Positions 20,628 to 31,163 of a stretch of 64,000 bases of DNA are shown here, piece by piece. Below the pieces are notes generated by a model. It was not told the origin of the DNA, did no database searches, and was given only the letters and a program-made list of their open reading frames with translations. Source of the DNA: Candidatus Aegiribacteria sp. (GTDB lineage Bacteria > Fermentibacterota > Fermentibacteria > Fermentibacterales > JCC-6). Position numbers and translations under genes: made by a program. How positions within the stretch are numbered: the stretch's first letter is position 1; each line of letters begins with the position of its first letter. The stretch lies in NCBI GenBank assembly GCA_030594645.1, contig JAUVEU010000007.1, positions 1,158 to 65,157 of the forward strand. The letters run 5' to 3'.

Positions 20628-22664
20628 CTATTTTTCTCTATCAATATGCACAAACTTCGGTTCATATCTCAGCGGTTTGAAAGGAACCCCCGTTCCATCG
20701 TAGAACTTCCCGAAGAATTCTACAAATTGCAGTCTTGCTGTATGGATAAAACCGCTCAGAGCTGCCATTGCTATATTGAATAAGTGCCCGGCGACAACAA
20801 CCACTATGGCCAGAATTACACCAACTACAGGTATTCCAAGTTCGCTGATCAGCATTCCTGCCATCTGATTTATCACCTGAGCAATTATCGCGCTCGAAAG
20901 GGCAAGGGCAAACAGTCTTGAATACGATAGAACGTCTCCGAGAAGATTGACTATACCGTACAAGGCGTAAGCTCCCGTTCCGATCTTTCCGAATCCCTTT
21001 GCTTCCCTTCCTCCCATTATGAATATGAGCACAGCACCTGCGGCAAGCATGGTTGTAAATACTTTATCAAGCGGTCCGTTAACGTTATATAGAGATCCGT
21101 TGAGCAGATAATGATTGAACAGCCATGGAAAAAGACCTGCCGTTGCAAGCAGCCATCCGGATTGATCTACTACGGCTGCGAATTTTTCTCCTGCTCTCCA
21201 TCGTTTCCTGAGATTTACAATTATGCCTGCCGTAAGCTGGACCAGCCCAAGAGCAAGTGTTAAGTAGAGAAACTGCTTCGATACTCCGAAACCTTCCTGC
21301 CCCTGCTCACCAACCTGATATCCGGGCACGAGCTTATTAAGCATCAGTGCCGGAGCCTGAAGAATACCTGGAAGATTATCAAAAGGAATTCCGAACCAGC
21401 CTCCGAGGAAAATTCCAACCAGAATACTCGCTAATCCCCCCTGGAACAAAAGCTGGAACAGTCTTGGATTTCCGTATCTTCTACGGACCAGATACCAGCC
21501 TAATGCAGATCCAAGAGCAAGAGCAATTCCGTATCCTGCGTCACCGATACAGATGCCAAAGAAAAGGGCATAAAAGGGTGCTATCAGGGGCGTAGGATCG
21601 GGATCCCCTCTTGTGGGCTGACCGTACATGTCCGTAAGCAATGTATATGGTGAAGCCACAACGTTTTCAGTTATTGGGGAGGGGGGCGTTTCGTCTTCTT
21701 CAGGTTCGATTTCCTCAACAGCTGTTTCTCCAAGCTGCGCAAGACTTTCTCTTAAACTGTCAAGATCAGCTGTGCGTATCCATGCTCTGAACATGAACAC
21801 ATGAGTACTGACGCATGCTGTTCTTGTGGCATTCAGTCTTTCAAGAAGCAGTCCGGCAGCATCAAGAAGAATTCGAAATCGAGTAACGAACGCAGACAAT
21901 TTTACCGCTTCTTCATGAAGCGATCTCATTTTACAGTCAACAAGTTCCAGTTCCCTGCAGACCTCTTCCAGGTTGTCCTTCACCATTCCATGTCTGGATC
22001 CGAAGTCCTGTTGAGAGAATCCCGCCTCTGCCAGAGACTGCAGGATTTCTCCTGATACAGATTCGTGAAAGATCGCAAGGACCCGCTCTATTTTTTTCTT
22101 CTTCTGAATAACTTCAAGATGAAAAAGAGGTTTATCCTTTTTCCATTCGTGAGAATGCAATCGCTGAATTGCGTCTTTTTCGAGTATGCCTGCCGCAAGC
22201 AGATAAGATCCTGTTTTTCGAAGATCCTCAAATGAAACAGGTAACTCTTCCCATTCTAAAAGGAAACTTCTCTCCTGTTCAAGTTCTTTTTCCGCGCCTT
22301 CAAGTTTGGCTTTCCGGATCGCTACGAACCATGCTTTGCGTGCTTTCTCCAGAAGATTTGCATCTTCAAACAATGCCATGAGTTCGTTTTCGGAGAGAGA
22401 GGCCGGGGGTGAAGGCTTTTGTTTCATCTCTCCGATTGTTTCTTCTTCGAGAAATTGAATTGCCTTTTCGAGGCTTGATATCTTTTCGGAGAGGTCATCT
22501 GTATTCAATGAAGCGGGCTTGAGGAACATCATTTCCTCTGTCCTGTCGATTTCAGACATATCTATCAAATGGACTTTCCCTGAGGATTCTATTTTCTCAA
22601 GAACCTTCTCGCGGATTTGAGCATGACACAGAATCTCTATCTTCGATATCGCATCAAGGCTCAT
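20628..22664 (-). CDS. ntpI: V/A-type ATPase subunit I (a)
   Basis: DPTP, FFGICIGDAGYG, LSYSRLFAL and IHTARLQFVEFFGKFY motifs. Confidence 0.95.
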   Translation of the reverse strand: MSLDAISKIEILCHAQIREKVLEKIESSGKVHLIDMSEIDRTEEMMFLKPASLNTDDLSEKISSLEKAIQFLEEETIGEMKQKPSPPASLSENELMALFEDANLLEKARKAWFVAIRKAKLEGAEKELEQERSFLLEWEELPVSFEDLRKTGSYLLAAGILEKDAIQRLHSHEWKKDKPLFHLEVIQKKKKIERVLAIFHESVSGEILQSLAEAGFSQQDFGSRHGMVKDNLEEVCRELELVDCKMRSLHEEAVKLSAFVTRFRILLDAAGLLLERLNATRTACVSTHVFMFRAWIRTADLDSLRESLAQLGETAVEEIEPEEDETPPSPITENVVASPYTLLTDMYGQPTRGDPDPTPLIAPFYALFFGICIGDAGYGIALALGSALGWYLVRRRYGNPRLFQLLFQGGLASILVGIFLGGWFGIPFDNLPGILQAPALMLNKLVPGYQVGEQGQEGFGVSKQFLYLTLALGLVQLTAGIIVNLRKRWRAGEKFAAVVDQSGWLLATAGLFPWLFNHYLLNGSLYNVNGPLDKVFTTMLAAGAVLIFIMGGREAKGFGKIGTGAYALYGIVNLLGDVLSYSRLFALALSSAIIAQVINQMAGMLISELGIPVVGVILAIVVVVAGHLFNIAMAALSGFIHTARLQFVEFFGKFYDGTGVPFKPLRYEPKFVHIDREK

Positions 22665-22984
22665 CAGTCCTCTTTCCCGCCTCTGAGTATGTGTTCACGA
22701 AGACTCCTGGTTGCGGCTTTCTCAAGATTCACTTTATGCTCCGCCAGTAATTTGAGCTTACTTTCCGTTTTTTCCTCGAGTTTTCCTTTCAGCTGAATTA
22801 CAACCTTCTCAGCGGCCGCTTCAGCTTCGGACGCAGTTTTTCTGAGATAATCATCTTCTTTCCGCTTCATTTCCTCAATCATCTCCGGAATACTCTGTGT
22901 TATCCGACGGGCATCTTTTTTCGCGTTTTCCAGTACCTGCCTGGCCTGATCCTCTCCTTCATGGAGAGTATCGAGTTTCGCCAT
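22664..22984 (-). CDS. V/A-type ATPase peripheral stalk subunit H/G
   Basis: Charged coiled coil of about 106 aa, first gene of the operon, overlaps the subunit I start. RBS AAGGGTGGT precedes ATG at 22984. Confidence 0.7.
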   Translation of the reverse strand: MAKLDTLHEGEDQARQVLENAKKDARRITQSIPEMIEEMKRKEDDYLRKTASEAEAAAEKVVIQLKGKLEEKTESKLKLLAEHKVNLEKAATRSLREHILRGGKED

Positions 22985-23082
22985 TATTAGTACCACCCTT
23001 TCGATTAATCAACTTGGGAACACCGGTCTTCCAGACATTGAAACAACCGGGAACAGCGCTATACCTCCATGACAGTATCTGT

Positions 23083-23188
23083 TGTGGATATTACTTATGA
23101 AACTACTTTAAGTGATTGTATATACTTATGAGTACCATGTAGTTAGATAGTTTTCCACAGTTTGGCAATCTTTTCCACATTTTCCACA
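23083..23188. promoter_or_regulatory. DnaA-box cluster upstream of the V-ATPase operon
   Basis: TTTTCCACA at 23151, 23171 and 23180, opposed TGTGGATAT at 23083, AT-rich spacer between. Confidence 0.65.
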
Positions 23189-23545
23189 TTAGGACTCTGA
23201 CTCGTTGCCACGGCTCATTTTGCAACTGCCTTCAAAGAAGACCCCATCTTCAATAACAAGAGAGCGGGTAAATATGTCTCCCTCAAGTCTGGATCCGCTT
23301 TGAAGCTCAAGCTGTTGTTCAGCTCTGACCGTTCCCCGTATTGTTCCTCCGACAATTGCCTGACTCACCGAAACATCACCTGAAATCATTCCTTCCCTGC
23401 CAACGGTCAGGGTACCGGATACCGTGACTTCTCCTTCCACGGCACCATCTATTCTCAGACCTCCGTCTACTTTCAATGAACCTTTACAAATACTGCCAGG
23501 TCCAAGAATGGAATCCATGGTGGAGGAGTATTCCTTTTTATGCAT
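23189..23545 (-). CDS. bactofilin (polymer-forming cytoskeletal protein)
   Basis: SILGPG..KGSL.VDGGLRIDG, G.V.G.I and LVIEDGVFFEGSCKM beta-helix repeats. Confidence 0.93.
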   Translation of the reverse strand: MHKKEYSSTMDSILGPGSICKGSLKVDGGLRIDGAVEGEVTVSGTLTVGREGMISGDVSVSQAIVGGTIRGTVRAEQQLELQSGSRLEGDIFTRSLVIEDGVFFEGSCKMSRGNESES

Positions 23546-23576
23546 GATTCCTTTTCCTCTTTTCTCTATTACGTTA

Positions 23577-23924
23577 TTACTCTTGAGAATCTACTTGCGG
23601 CGAAATAGTACTTGCTATGTTTTCGATTCGCTGTCTTTCTATTCCCAACTGCTCCAGGGTCATTTCTATATTCAAAAGGCGCACTTCTATATTTCTCCGT
23701 ATTGCAAGAGAGTCCTGAAGCCTGGAGATTTCTTCTCTGAGTCTTTCCGTCTCTCCGCCTTCTATGAACCCAAAAGCAACAATGGCTGCCGCGGCAGATA
23801 CCATAAGCACAAACAGAGCCAGTATCACCCTTGTCAGGTGAAGCTTCCACCCGCTTACATTAAACTGGTGATGTGTTTTACCCGAATTAGAAATAAAAGT
23901 CGCTGTAAAACCCTTCTCAGTCAT
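23577..23924 (-). CDS. single-pass membrane protein with short coiled coil (bactofilin-associated)
   Basis: Short N-terminal segment, one TM helix, heptad coil; directly upstream of bactofilin. Confidence 0.6.
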   Translation of the reverse strand: MTEKGFTATFISNSGKTHHQFNVSGWKLHLTRVILALFVLMVSAAAAIVAFGFIEGGETERLREEISRLQDSLAIRRNIEVRLLNIEMTLEQLGIERQRIENIASTISPQVDSQE

Positions 23925-23957
23925 ACAAAACCCGTCCGTTCCGCTGCCGCATGCGCT

Positions 23958-23987
23958 AAACTAAGCCTGTGGGTTCTTGTTTGTCAA
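23958..23987 (-). promoter_or_regulatory. possible sigma70 promoter for the membrane protein-bactofilin pair
   Basis: Minus strand TTGACA-18 nt-TAGTTT. Confidence 0.35.
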
Positions 23988-24002
23988 TAAAGTCCGTTAT
24001 CG

Positions 24003-25004
24003 TCAAAGCTCTTTTAGCAGTTCGCTGATTTCCTGCCTGTTCATCTTCATGCCAATACATGCCATAAGCAGCAATCTCAGCTTGTGCCCCTGCATATCTC
24101 CCGCAAAGATTGCTCCTTTCTGCTCCAGGTCTATTCCACCTCCGGAGTAATCATAAACACCAAGCACTCTTCCAACGTAGCATCTGCTCGATACACAGAC
24201 AACTGTACCTTTGCTTACCGCATATTCAACGGCGGAAGCAACATCTACCGGAACGTTACCCCGTCCGAAAGCCTCTATTACCAGTCCCCTGTCTTCACAG
24301 TCCGCACTGAATCTGATCTCTCTTGCTCCAAAGCCTGATGCAATCTTCACCAGTCCTATACTTCCGTTCATTACAAGCTCTCCGGGCGGCAGATGAAGTC
24401 TCCATAAAGGCATTCTCTGTAGAAGAATCCTATCCTGGTCAACAAAACCTAGAGGTCCATAACCTGGTGAAGCAAAACTGCTTACATTACTCGTATACGT
24501 CTTGGTAACTCTTCCCGCTGCATGAATCTCATCGCCCAGAACTACTGTAACTCCCAACTTATGAACTTCAGGGTTTGCAGCAACGAGCAAAGCTCCTCTC
24601 AGGTTTCTTGGCCCATCAACTCCCATCTCTGTATTACTTCGCATTGCCGCCGTAAAGACAACTGGTATCTTCTGCTTAATGTAAATATCAGCAAGAAAAG
24701 CACTTTCTTCCAGCGTATCTGTTCCGTGAGTAACGACAATCCCATCGTACTTTCCGGAGGCCGCTAGTTCTTCAAGCCTGAGACAGAGTTCTCTCATAAT
24801 ATCAGGCGTCATATGCGGGCTTGGAATACTGCTGAATTTAACCTGTGTAACTCTGATACTGGCAGGGATAACATCTCCATCAAGCAGATTGCTGTTAATG
24901 TTGTCGTCAATCACCAGCCCTCTGCTTCCGGCAGTCATCTCGATTGTCCCGCCGGTAGAAACCAGAGCGATTTCTCTGACGGTGGATTCGATCTGATCAG
25001 ACAT
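24003..25004 (-). CDS. ansA: L-asparaginase/glutaminase family protein
   Basis: STGGTI and HGTDTLEE catalytic motifs, DGPRNL, GRGN. Confidence 0.9.
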   Translation of the reverse strand: MSDQIESTVREIALVSTGGTIEMTAGSRGLVIDDNINSNLLDGDVIPASIRVTQVKFSSIPSPHMTPDIMRELCLRLEELAASGKYDGIVVTHGTDTLEESAFLADIYIKQKIPVVFTAAMRSNTEMGVDGPRNLRGALLVAANPEVHKLGVTVVLGDEIHAAGRVTKTYTSNVSSFASPGYGPLGFVDQDRILLQRMPLWRLHLPPGELVMNGSIGLVKIASGFGAREIRFSADCEDRGLVIEAFGRGNVPVDVASAVEYAVSKGTVVCVSSRCYVGRVLGVYDYSGGGIDLEQKGAIFAGDMQGHKLRLLLMACIGMKMNRQEISELLKEL

Positions 25005-28000
25005 ACTTTATGCCATTATTACTCGCTTTGGATTTAGCCCCGAGATGATGAAGCAGACGTTCTTTGAGTCTGTCCGGTCGATCCGCGAGTGATCTTATGT
25101 AAAGCCTTGCTTTACCGTCACCCCAGAGATCATCTATAAGCTGTATCAGTTCGCTGTCACGGCTGACTGCTTCAAGAAGAGGATGATGCGCTTCAACAAG
25201 AGCCAGAAGATCTCCCCTTGTCGAATCCTGTGTCCATCTGATCAGTATGGCTACGGTGTTAGCGTTATCTCTGTATTTACGTCTCATGCCAAGACTTATT
25301 GCTCCAGCCTCAGGAGCGGTTACAGCTCCTGTTCTGGCTCCTATCTCGAGGAAGAACTGAGTTATTGTTTCAACTGCGTCTCTTGCTGTTTCGACGGCCG
25401 AAGATGGTCTGACAGATTCCGAATTGAATATCCAGATATGTTGAAGAACCGATCTGGCAGATTGTATCTCCGAATTCTTGCGCTTCATTATTAAACTTTC
25501 AACGGATGCGAATATTCTTGCGTACTTCTTTGTGAAGAGAATTTGTTCTCTTGATGTTTTTTCTCTGGTAATTCTGTCAAAAAGCATGTTCGTTATCTTT
25601 TTCTGAGGTACAAATCCATTTACAGACTCAGCTGTTTTTTTCGTTGCTTTTCTGCGCCACATCAGTCTGTAAATATTTTTTTCCAGGTTTCTCTCTACCA
25701 TCTGAACGGTCAGTCGTTTTCCTCTTTCAGTTTTCGAAAGGGATTTTTCCAATGCCGTAAAAATGATTGACGGTCTGAAAACCTCATCTGTGCCGAGATA
25801 CCCTATAATCTCTACAAAATCATCCATCATCTGTTCGATCTTCGAGAGACTTTCATTGCTCGTATAGAGCAGAATAATATCAATAAGTACGTTCTCCAGA
25901 GGGGAGAAGGCTTTGCTCCTCCAGAACCTGCATGGATTCTCTCCCGGAGGACAATCGCGAGAAAGGAAAAACTGCTCCACTTTTTCAGGAATCTTATCCT
26001 TCTTTCCAACAGGTTCTCTTCCTTCCATTGATCTGAAAAGATCTATCAACTCGGAATCCCCCGCAGCTTTCAGCAGTTCTGTAACTTCTTTTCTATCCGG
26101 AGACACAGAGACTTTCAGAATAAGTCCCTTACACCCGTTTTCTATAAATCCTTCAACCAGTTTTCTTCCTTCTCTTACTACTATTTTCCTGTGAAGTATC
26201 TGCTGGGTTACCACTTTCAGAGAACCAACCGTATCTCTGAGTATTTCCGACGAGCTGTCTCGGATAGCCCGCCAGATATTCATCATCTGTGCCCCCTCGA
26301 TATCACTCTGTACTTCCTTGAGATCAGAACCGTTATCGAGTTTCCGAGCATATTCATCGATGAGTTTTTTCTCCAGTCTGTTCGACATCCAGGAAAGGAA
26401 AGTAGCTCCCGCAAGCTCCCCATGCATCGAGCCAACAGCAAGTTCAGTAATATCACGAAGATAAGAAATAACCTCTTCAGACCTGCCTGTAAGTATTTCT
26501 ACAGAGAAAGGAATAGTCTCACCAAAAAACACTGAAGCGGTTTTCAGCTGCCAAAGAGCAACATTGCTGTCTTCCGTTTCCTTTGCAGGAATCATTCTTG
26601 TCAGCAATTCTCTCATCAGGTTACCGCTTGTCAGATATTCCGAAATTTCCGGATACTCAACCAGTGTTTTAACGAAAGCCGTTAATCCCCTTGAGAGAAA
26701 TCTGCTGAATATTCTGTGTCCTGATTTTTCCAGCCAGACTGCCTGCTGAGAAAGAGTTTCACAAAGCGTACGGGCACAGTATATAAGATCATTAGCACTT
26801 TTCTCTTCTATTCCCGGTATCCGCAGAAGCCGATTCATCGAGACTTTAAGCGCTTTGCTTCTGTCTTCCGCCCTGAAGAGTCTGCCAAGAAGTGTTGTTT
26901 CTTCATTTCTAAGCTGTTCCAGGCTCATTTCTTTATTGTATGTGGCAACGGCAGATGTAATCAACTCGCCGAATATTAGTTCCTCTGCTCCAATCTCCTG
27001 AAAAAGAGGAGCTATTACTTTATCCAGAAAGCGGCTTCGCATAGATCGATTTGAAATTCTCCCCATTGCTTCAACAACTTTCGTGCAGGAATCAACGGTT
27101 CCATTGGCAAGAGGAGAAAGCCAGTGTGTTTGTTCTCCTTCGAGAAGTCTGCTGCGATAGTTATCGTCCAGCAGATCAAGTATCAGGACGAATATCTCGC
27201 TCTTGATAACATGCTCATGCTTCAATGCTTCATTAGTTGATCGAAGCAGGAGTATTAACGCAGGGAGAAGCTTATCGAAACTGATTTCGGTTTCAGCTAT
27301 TAACTTTTCAAGTGATTCCAGCGATATGGATGGATCGTCCTGGCTCAGCACTGCATCCATAACTCGGCCAACAGAATTAGTAATTCGTCTGATCTCAGGC
27401 GATTTTTCCTTGTCCTCAAGTATTGAAAGGGCAATCGGGATGAATCGTAGATAGTGTTCTGTCTTCAGTTTATCATAAAAAGGCGTTTCCCGGCATTCAG
27501 CCGACATCCTGGCAATTTCAATAATAAGACCGGTGTTTTCGTTTTTCTCGCAAAGGGAATATACCTCCTCAAAGATCTTTCTCTCTGCTTTCCCTCTACT
27601 CCTGAACAGCATTATCTCGGCAATTGCCCGTCCGTATTCAAAAGGAGAGCTGTCTCCTACCGGAATGGCCATGATGCCCAGGCACATGTCTCTTTCAGAT
27701 CGTCTTGCAAGTGTTCTGATCGCTTCCTCTGAAAGAAGTTCAAGTATTTCTGAAAGTACGTCTTCTTCAAGCTGGCCGACAATTTTTTCTATCTCACCTG
27801 GAATTGAATCTTCCTGCAGATTCAGAAGCTGATCTGTGTCCTCCAGGCGTCCAAGAAATCCTGAAAGGATTCTTATTGCTTCCATCTGTACAGAAAATCC
27901 CCTCAGCTTTCTCAGAAGAGATTCTCCATTTCTACCAACAGCTCTCCATACAGGCAGGTTTTCGTCTCCGAGAAGATACCATCCTGTTTCCAGAGCAAAA

Positions 28001-28650
28001 TCAACCAGAGAATTTTCAGCAACAAAGGGTATTTCGGGTATCAGTTCCTGTGCTTTCTCAAGAGCGCGTATGACATTTCCTCCCCCGATTCTCGTTCTCT
28101 CGAGAATGAAACCAAAACGTTCAGGCCAGCTAAAACCTTTCTGTAACAGACTCCTTACAAGAGACGCATCTCCCTGTGTTTCTGAAAGCACCTGAAACAC
28201 ACGATAGAGCAGGCAGAGGAACTCCCTGAATGTTAAACCTGTACTGGGTCCTATTTGATTCCATGTCCAGCTCAGATGAAAGAATTCAAGGACAGCTACA
28301 ACAACAGCAGACGACGGAAGGTTGCTTACAGCAGAGAACCATTCCGTTGCCATGTCCTGCTTTACAGGGGGAGGTTCGCTCATCTTGGAAAGATTTTCGA
28401 GAAGGTTCTTTCCGTCGCCTTTTTTAATTGTTGAGAGAAGGTAAGCAAGAATTTCTCCCGCTTCGGGCCAGTCATTTGAAAACAGGGATATGGCGAAGAT
28501 CCTGCTTCTTGCTTCAGGCTCTATAACAGATTTGTTCAGTGATTTCGAAGGAAGTGAAAAGCCTTTGCCAACTTCCGGAGGACGAGCTGAATAAAGCTTG
28601 TTATTTCTGCTCCAGGATTCAATCTCACGGACTAGTTCTCTTGCCTTTAT
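24997..28650 (-). CDS. large helical hypothetical protein (1128 aa from ATG 28383; 1217 aa if started at ATA 28650)
   Basis: Long ORF, Leu/Glu/Arg/Ile-rich with no recognised motif. The frame stays open 89 codons upstream of the first ATG, up to the gyrA stop. Confidence 0.7.
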   Translation of the reverse strand: MKARELVREIESWSRNNKLYSARPPEVGKGFSLPSKSLNKSVIEPEARSRIFAISLFSNDWPEAGEILAYLLSTIKKGDGKNLLENLSKMSEPPPVKQDMATEWFSAVSNLPSSAVVVAVLEFFHLSWTWNQIGPSTGLTFREFLCLLYRVFQVLSETQGDASLVRSLLQKGFSWPERFGFILERTRIGGGNVIRALEKAQELIPEIPFVAENSLVDFALETGWYLLGDENLPVWRAVGRNGESLLRKLRGFSVQMEAIRILSGFLGRLEDTDQLLNLQEDSIPGEIEKIVGQLEEDVLSEILELLSEEAIRTLARRSERDMCLGIMAIPVGDSSPFEYGRAIAEIMLFRSRGKAERKIFEEVYSLCEKNENTGLIIEIARMSAECRETPFYDKLKTEHYLRFIPIALSILEDKEKSPEIRRITNSVGRVMDAVLSQDDPSISLESLEKLIAETEISFDKLLPALILLLRSTNEALKHEHVIKSEIFVLILDLLDDNYRSRLLEGEQTHWLSPLANGTVDSCTKVVEAMGRISNRSMRSRFLDKVIAPLFQEIGAEELIFGELITSAVATYNKEMSLEQLRNEETTLLGRLFRAEDRSKALKVSMNRLLRIPGIEEKSANDLIYCARTLCETLSQQAVWLEKSGHRIFSRFLSRGLTAFVKTLVEYPEISEYLTSGNLMRELLTRMIPAKETEDSNVALWQLKTASVFFGETIPFSVEILTGRSEEVISYLRDITELAVGSMHGELAGATFLSWMSNRLEKKLIDEYARKLDNGSDLKEVQSDIEGAQMMNIWRAIRDSSSEILRDTVGSLKVVTQQILHRKIVVREGRKLVEGFIENGCKGLILKVSVSPDRKEVTELLKAAGDSELIDLFRSMEGREPVGKKDKIPEKVEQFFLSRDCPPGENPCRFWRSKAFSPLENVLIDIILLYTSNESLSKIEQMMDDFVEIIGYLGTDEVFRPSIIFTALEKSLSKTERGKRLTVQMVERNLEKNIYRLMWRRKATKKTAESVNGFVPQKKITNMLFDRITREKTSREQILFTKKYARIFASVESLIMKRKNSEIQSARSVLQHIWIFNSESVRPSSAVETARDAVETITQFFLEIGARTGAVTAPEAGAISLGMRRKYRDNANTVAILIRWTQDSTRGDLLALVEAHHPLLEAVSRDSELIQLIDDLWGDGKARLYIRSLADRPDRLKERLLHHLGAKSKASNNGIKYV

Positions 28651-31106
28651 TTCTGCTCCTCTGTTTGAACCTCTTCGTTCTCCGGCCGGACTACAGCAGC
28701 ATCAACTACCCTGTCATTATCCGGAAGATTCATTAGTCTTACTCCCATAGTGCTTCTGCCCATTTCTCTAATCTGCTCGACAGGTAATCGGATAATCATT
28801 CCAAATGCTGAAACAAGGATTAGTTCATCTTCTTCTGTTACCTGGTTGATTGAAATTACACGTCCATTCCGCTGGATATTCCGGATGTTAATGACACCGG
28901 CACTCCCTCTATGTGTTAGTCTGTAATCCTCTGAGAATGTTCTTTTCCCAAAACCATTCTCTGTTACTGTAAGCACACTCCCGGGTTCATCCATGATAAC
29001 CATTCCCACGAGACTGTCATTTCCGGTAACTTTTATTCCTCTTACTCCTCTTGTATATCTTCCCATGGAACGTATTTCTTTTTCACTGAATCTATTGGCC
29101 TTCCCGTTTGCCAGAGCAAGCAGAACCCGGCAGTTTCCATTTGTTAATGAGGCGCTTACGAGCTCTGCGTTCTCATCAAGCTTGATTGCCCATATGCCAT
29201 TCCGTCGTGGATGGCTGTAACAGGAAAGAGGGGTCTTCTTAATAATTCCATTGCTTGTTGACATCAGGATAAAGCGGTCTTCATCGAACTCCTTCACGCA
29301 TACATTCGCGACAGGGCGCTCTTCTGGTTCGAGATCCAGGAGATTAACTATAGCTTTCCCTTTGCTGATTCGTCCAGCTTCTGGAATTTTATAAACCTTC
29401 AACCAGTAACATCTTCCCTGATTAGTGAAAAACAGAATATAACTATGGTTGGATGATACAAATATCTGATCTATTGAATCTTCCTCCTTGGTTCGTGCTC
29501 CTGTAATTCCCTTTCCGCCTCTGTGCTGGCTTTTATAGGTATCCGTTGAAAGTCTCTTTACATACCCTTCTCGAGACAGGGTGATTACCATTTCATCATC
29601 AGGTATCAGATCTTCTATATCAAATTCGTCTGCTGCAAAGGGTTCTATTTCTGTCTTCCTGTCTTCACCATAAATGTCGGCAACTTCCCTTAACTCTTCT
29701 GACACTACCTTCATACGTTCCAGGCGATTCGAAGCCAGCAAGCGAAGTCTTTCAAGGAGAACTCTGAGCTCTTCGAATTCTTCTTCAAGTTCTTCCCGTT
29801 CCAGCCCGGTAAGTTTTCTTAAACGCATTTCCAATATTGCTTGAGCCTGTATCTCGGTGAATTCAAATATTTCTATAAGCTTCTTCTTTGCTTCTTCGCT
29901 GCTTGCAGATTCTCTGATAACCCTTATTACCTCTTCTATAACATCCTGGGCCTTTAAAAGCCCTTCTACTATGTGCGATCTTGCTTCCGCCTTTTTCAGG
30001 TCGAACGCAACTCTTCTCTCAATGACATTATGACGATGTTCAATGAAATGATCAATCATCTGCCTGAGATTCAGCCTTACAGGCCTTCCTCCAGCAAGAG
30101 CCAGACTGTTAACTCCGAAAGTTTTTGCAAGCGTGGTGTGTTTGTAAAGCTGGTTAAGTACTACTTCAGTTACCGCATCTCTCTTCAGCTCTATCACTAT
30201 TCGCATGCCATCTCTGTCGGATTCATCACGGAGATCGGCTATCATCGTAATTTTCTTGTGTTTCACAAGATTTGCTATAGTCTCAATAAGCGATGTCTTG
30301 TTAACCTGATAGGGAATTTCTGTAATTATGATTGCTTCCCTGCCTTTTGGGGTTACCTCAGTAGTCACTCTGCCGCGGACATGGATCAGTCCCTTACCTG
30401 TACTGTAAGCATCTCTGATTCCTCGAAGGCCCATGATTATCCCTCCGGTAGGGAAATCCGGTCCTTTGATAATCTCAAAAAGCTCTTCATCGGAAAAATC
30501 GGGGTTATCTATGATTCTACAGCAGGCATCTATAACTTCTCTGAGGTTATTAGGCGGAATATTCGTGGCCATACCTACAGCAATTCCAGACGATCCGTTA
30601 ACCAGAAGATTAGGTATACCGGAAGGGAGAACTGATGGTTCTTTCAGGCGATCGTCAAAATTGGGAGACATATCTACTGTTTCGCTATCGATATCGCGAA
30701 GCATTTCTCCGCCTATTTTGGACATTCTTGCTTCTGTATATCTGTACGCTGCCGCCGGATCTCCATCTATCGATCCGAAGTTGCCCTGGCCATCGATAAG
30801 CGGGTGTCTAAGTGAAAAATCCTGTGCCATACGAACCATTGCATCATAGACAGCGCTGTCTCCATGAGGGTGATATTTTCCAAGAACATCTCCCACTACT
30901 GCAGCGGATTTCTTATACGGCCGTTTTTGCGTGAGTTTCTGTTCATACATCGAATACAGAATTCGCCTGTGTACAGGTTTCAACCCATCCCGCACATCAG
31001 GAAGGGCTCTCGAAACAATAACGCTCATGGAATAGTCCATATATGAGCGTTTCATCTCATCTTCTATGTCGATAATATCAATCTTTTTACCTGTGCTGCC
31101 GTTCAA
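28647..31106 (-). CDS. gyrA: DNA gyrase subunit A
   Basis: [33 protein letters not shown] (catalytic Tyr) and GyrA-box QHRGGKG. Likely TTG start at 31106 after GGAGG. Confidence 0.97.
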   Translation of the reverse strand: MNGSTGKKIDIIDIEDEMKRSYMDYSMSVIVSRALPDVRDGLKPVHRRILYSMYEQKLTQKRPYKKSAAVVGDVLGKYHPHGDSAVYDAMVRMAQDFSLRHPLIDGQGNFGSIDGDPAAAYRYTEARMSKIGGEMLRDIDSETVDMSPNFDDRLKEPSVLPSGIPNLLVNGSSGIAVGMATNIPPNNLREVIDACCRIIDNPDFSDEELFEIIKGPDFPTGGIIMGLRGIRDAYSTGKGLIHVRGRVTTEVTPKGREAIIITEIPYQVNKTSLIETIANLVKHKKITMIADLRDESDRDGMRIVIELKRDAVTEVVLNQLYKHTTLAKTFGVNSLALAGGRPVRLNLRQMIDHFIEHRHNVIERRVAFDLKKAEARSHIVEGLLKAQDVIEEVIRVIRESASSEEAKKKLIEIFEFTEIQAQAILEMRLRKLTGLEREELEEEFEELRVLLERLRLLASNRLERMKVVSEELREVADIYGEDRKTEIEPFAADEFDIEDLIPDDEMVITLSREGYVKRLSTDTYKSQHRGGKGITGARTKEEDSIDQIFVSSNHSYILFFTNQGRCYWLKVYKIPEAGRISKGKAIVNLLDLEPEERPVANVCVKEFDEDRFILMSTSNGIIKKTPLSCYSHPRRNGIWAIKLDENAELVSASLTNGNCRVLLALANGKANRFSEKEIRSMGRYTRGVRGIKVTGNDSLVGMVIMDEPGSVLTVTENGFGKRTFSEDYRLTHRGSAGVINIRNIQRNGRVISINQVTEEDELILVSAFGMIIRLPVEQIREMGRSTMGVRLMNLPDNDRVVDAAVVRPENEEVQTEEQK

Positions 31107-31163
31107 ATGACCGCCTCCAAGCCTGTCTTCAGGCAATAATTATGCATATCCGGGATAATTAAT

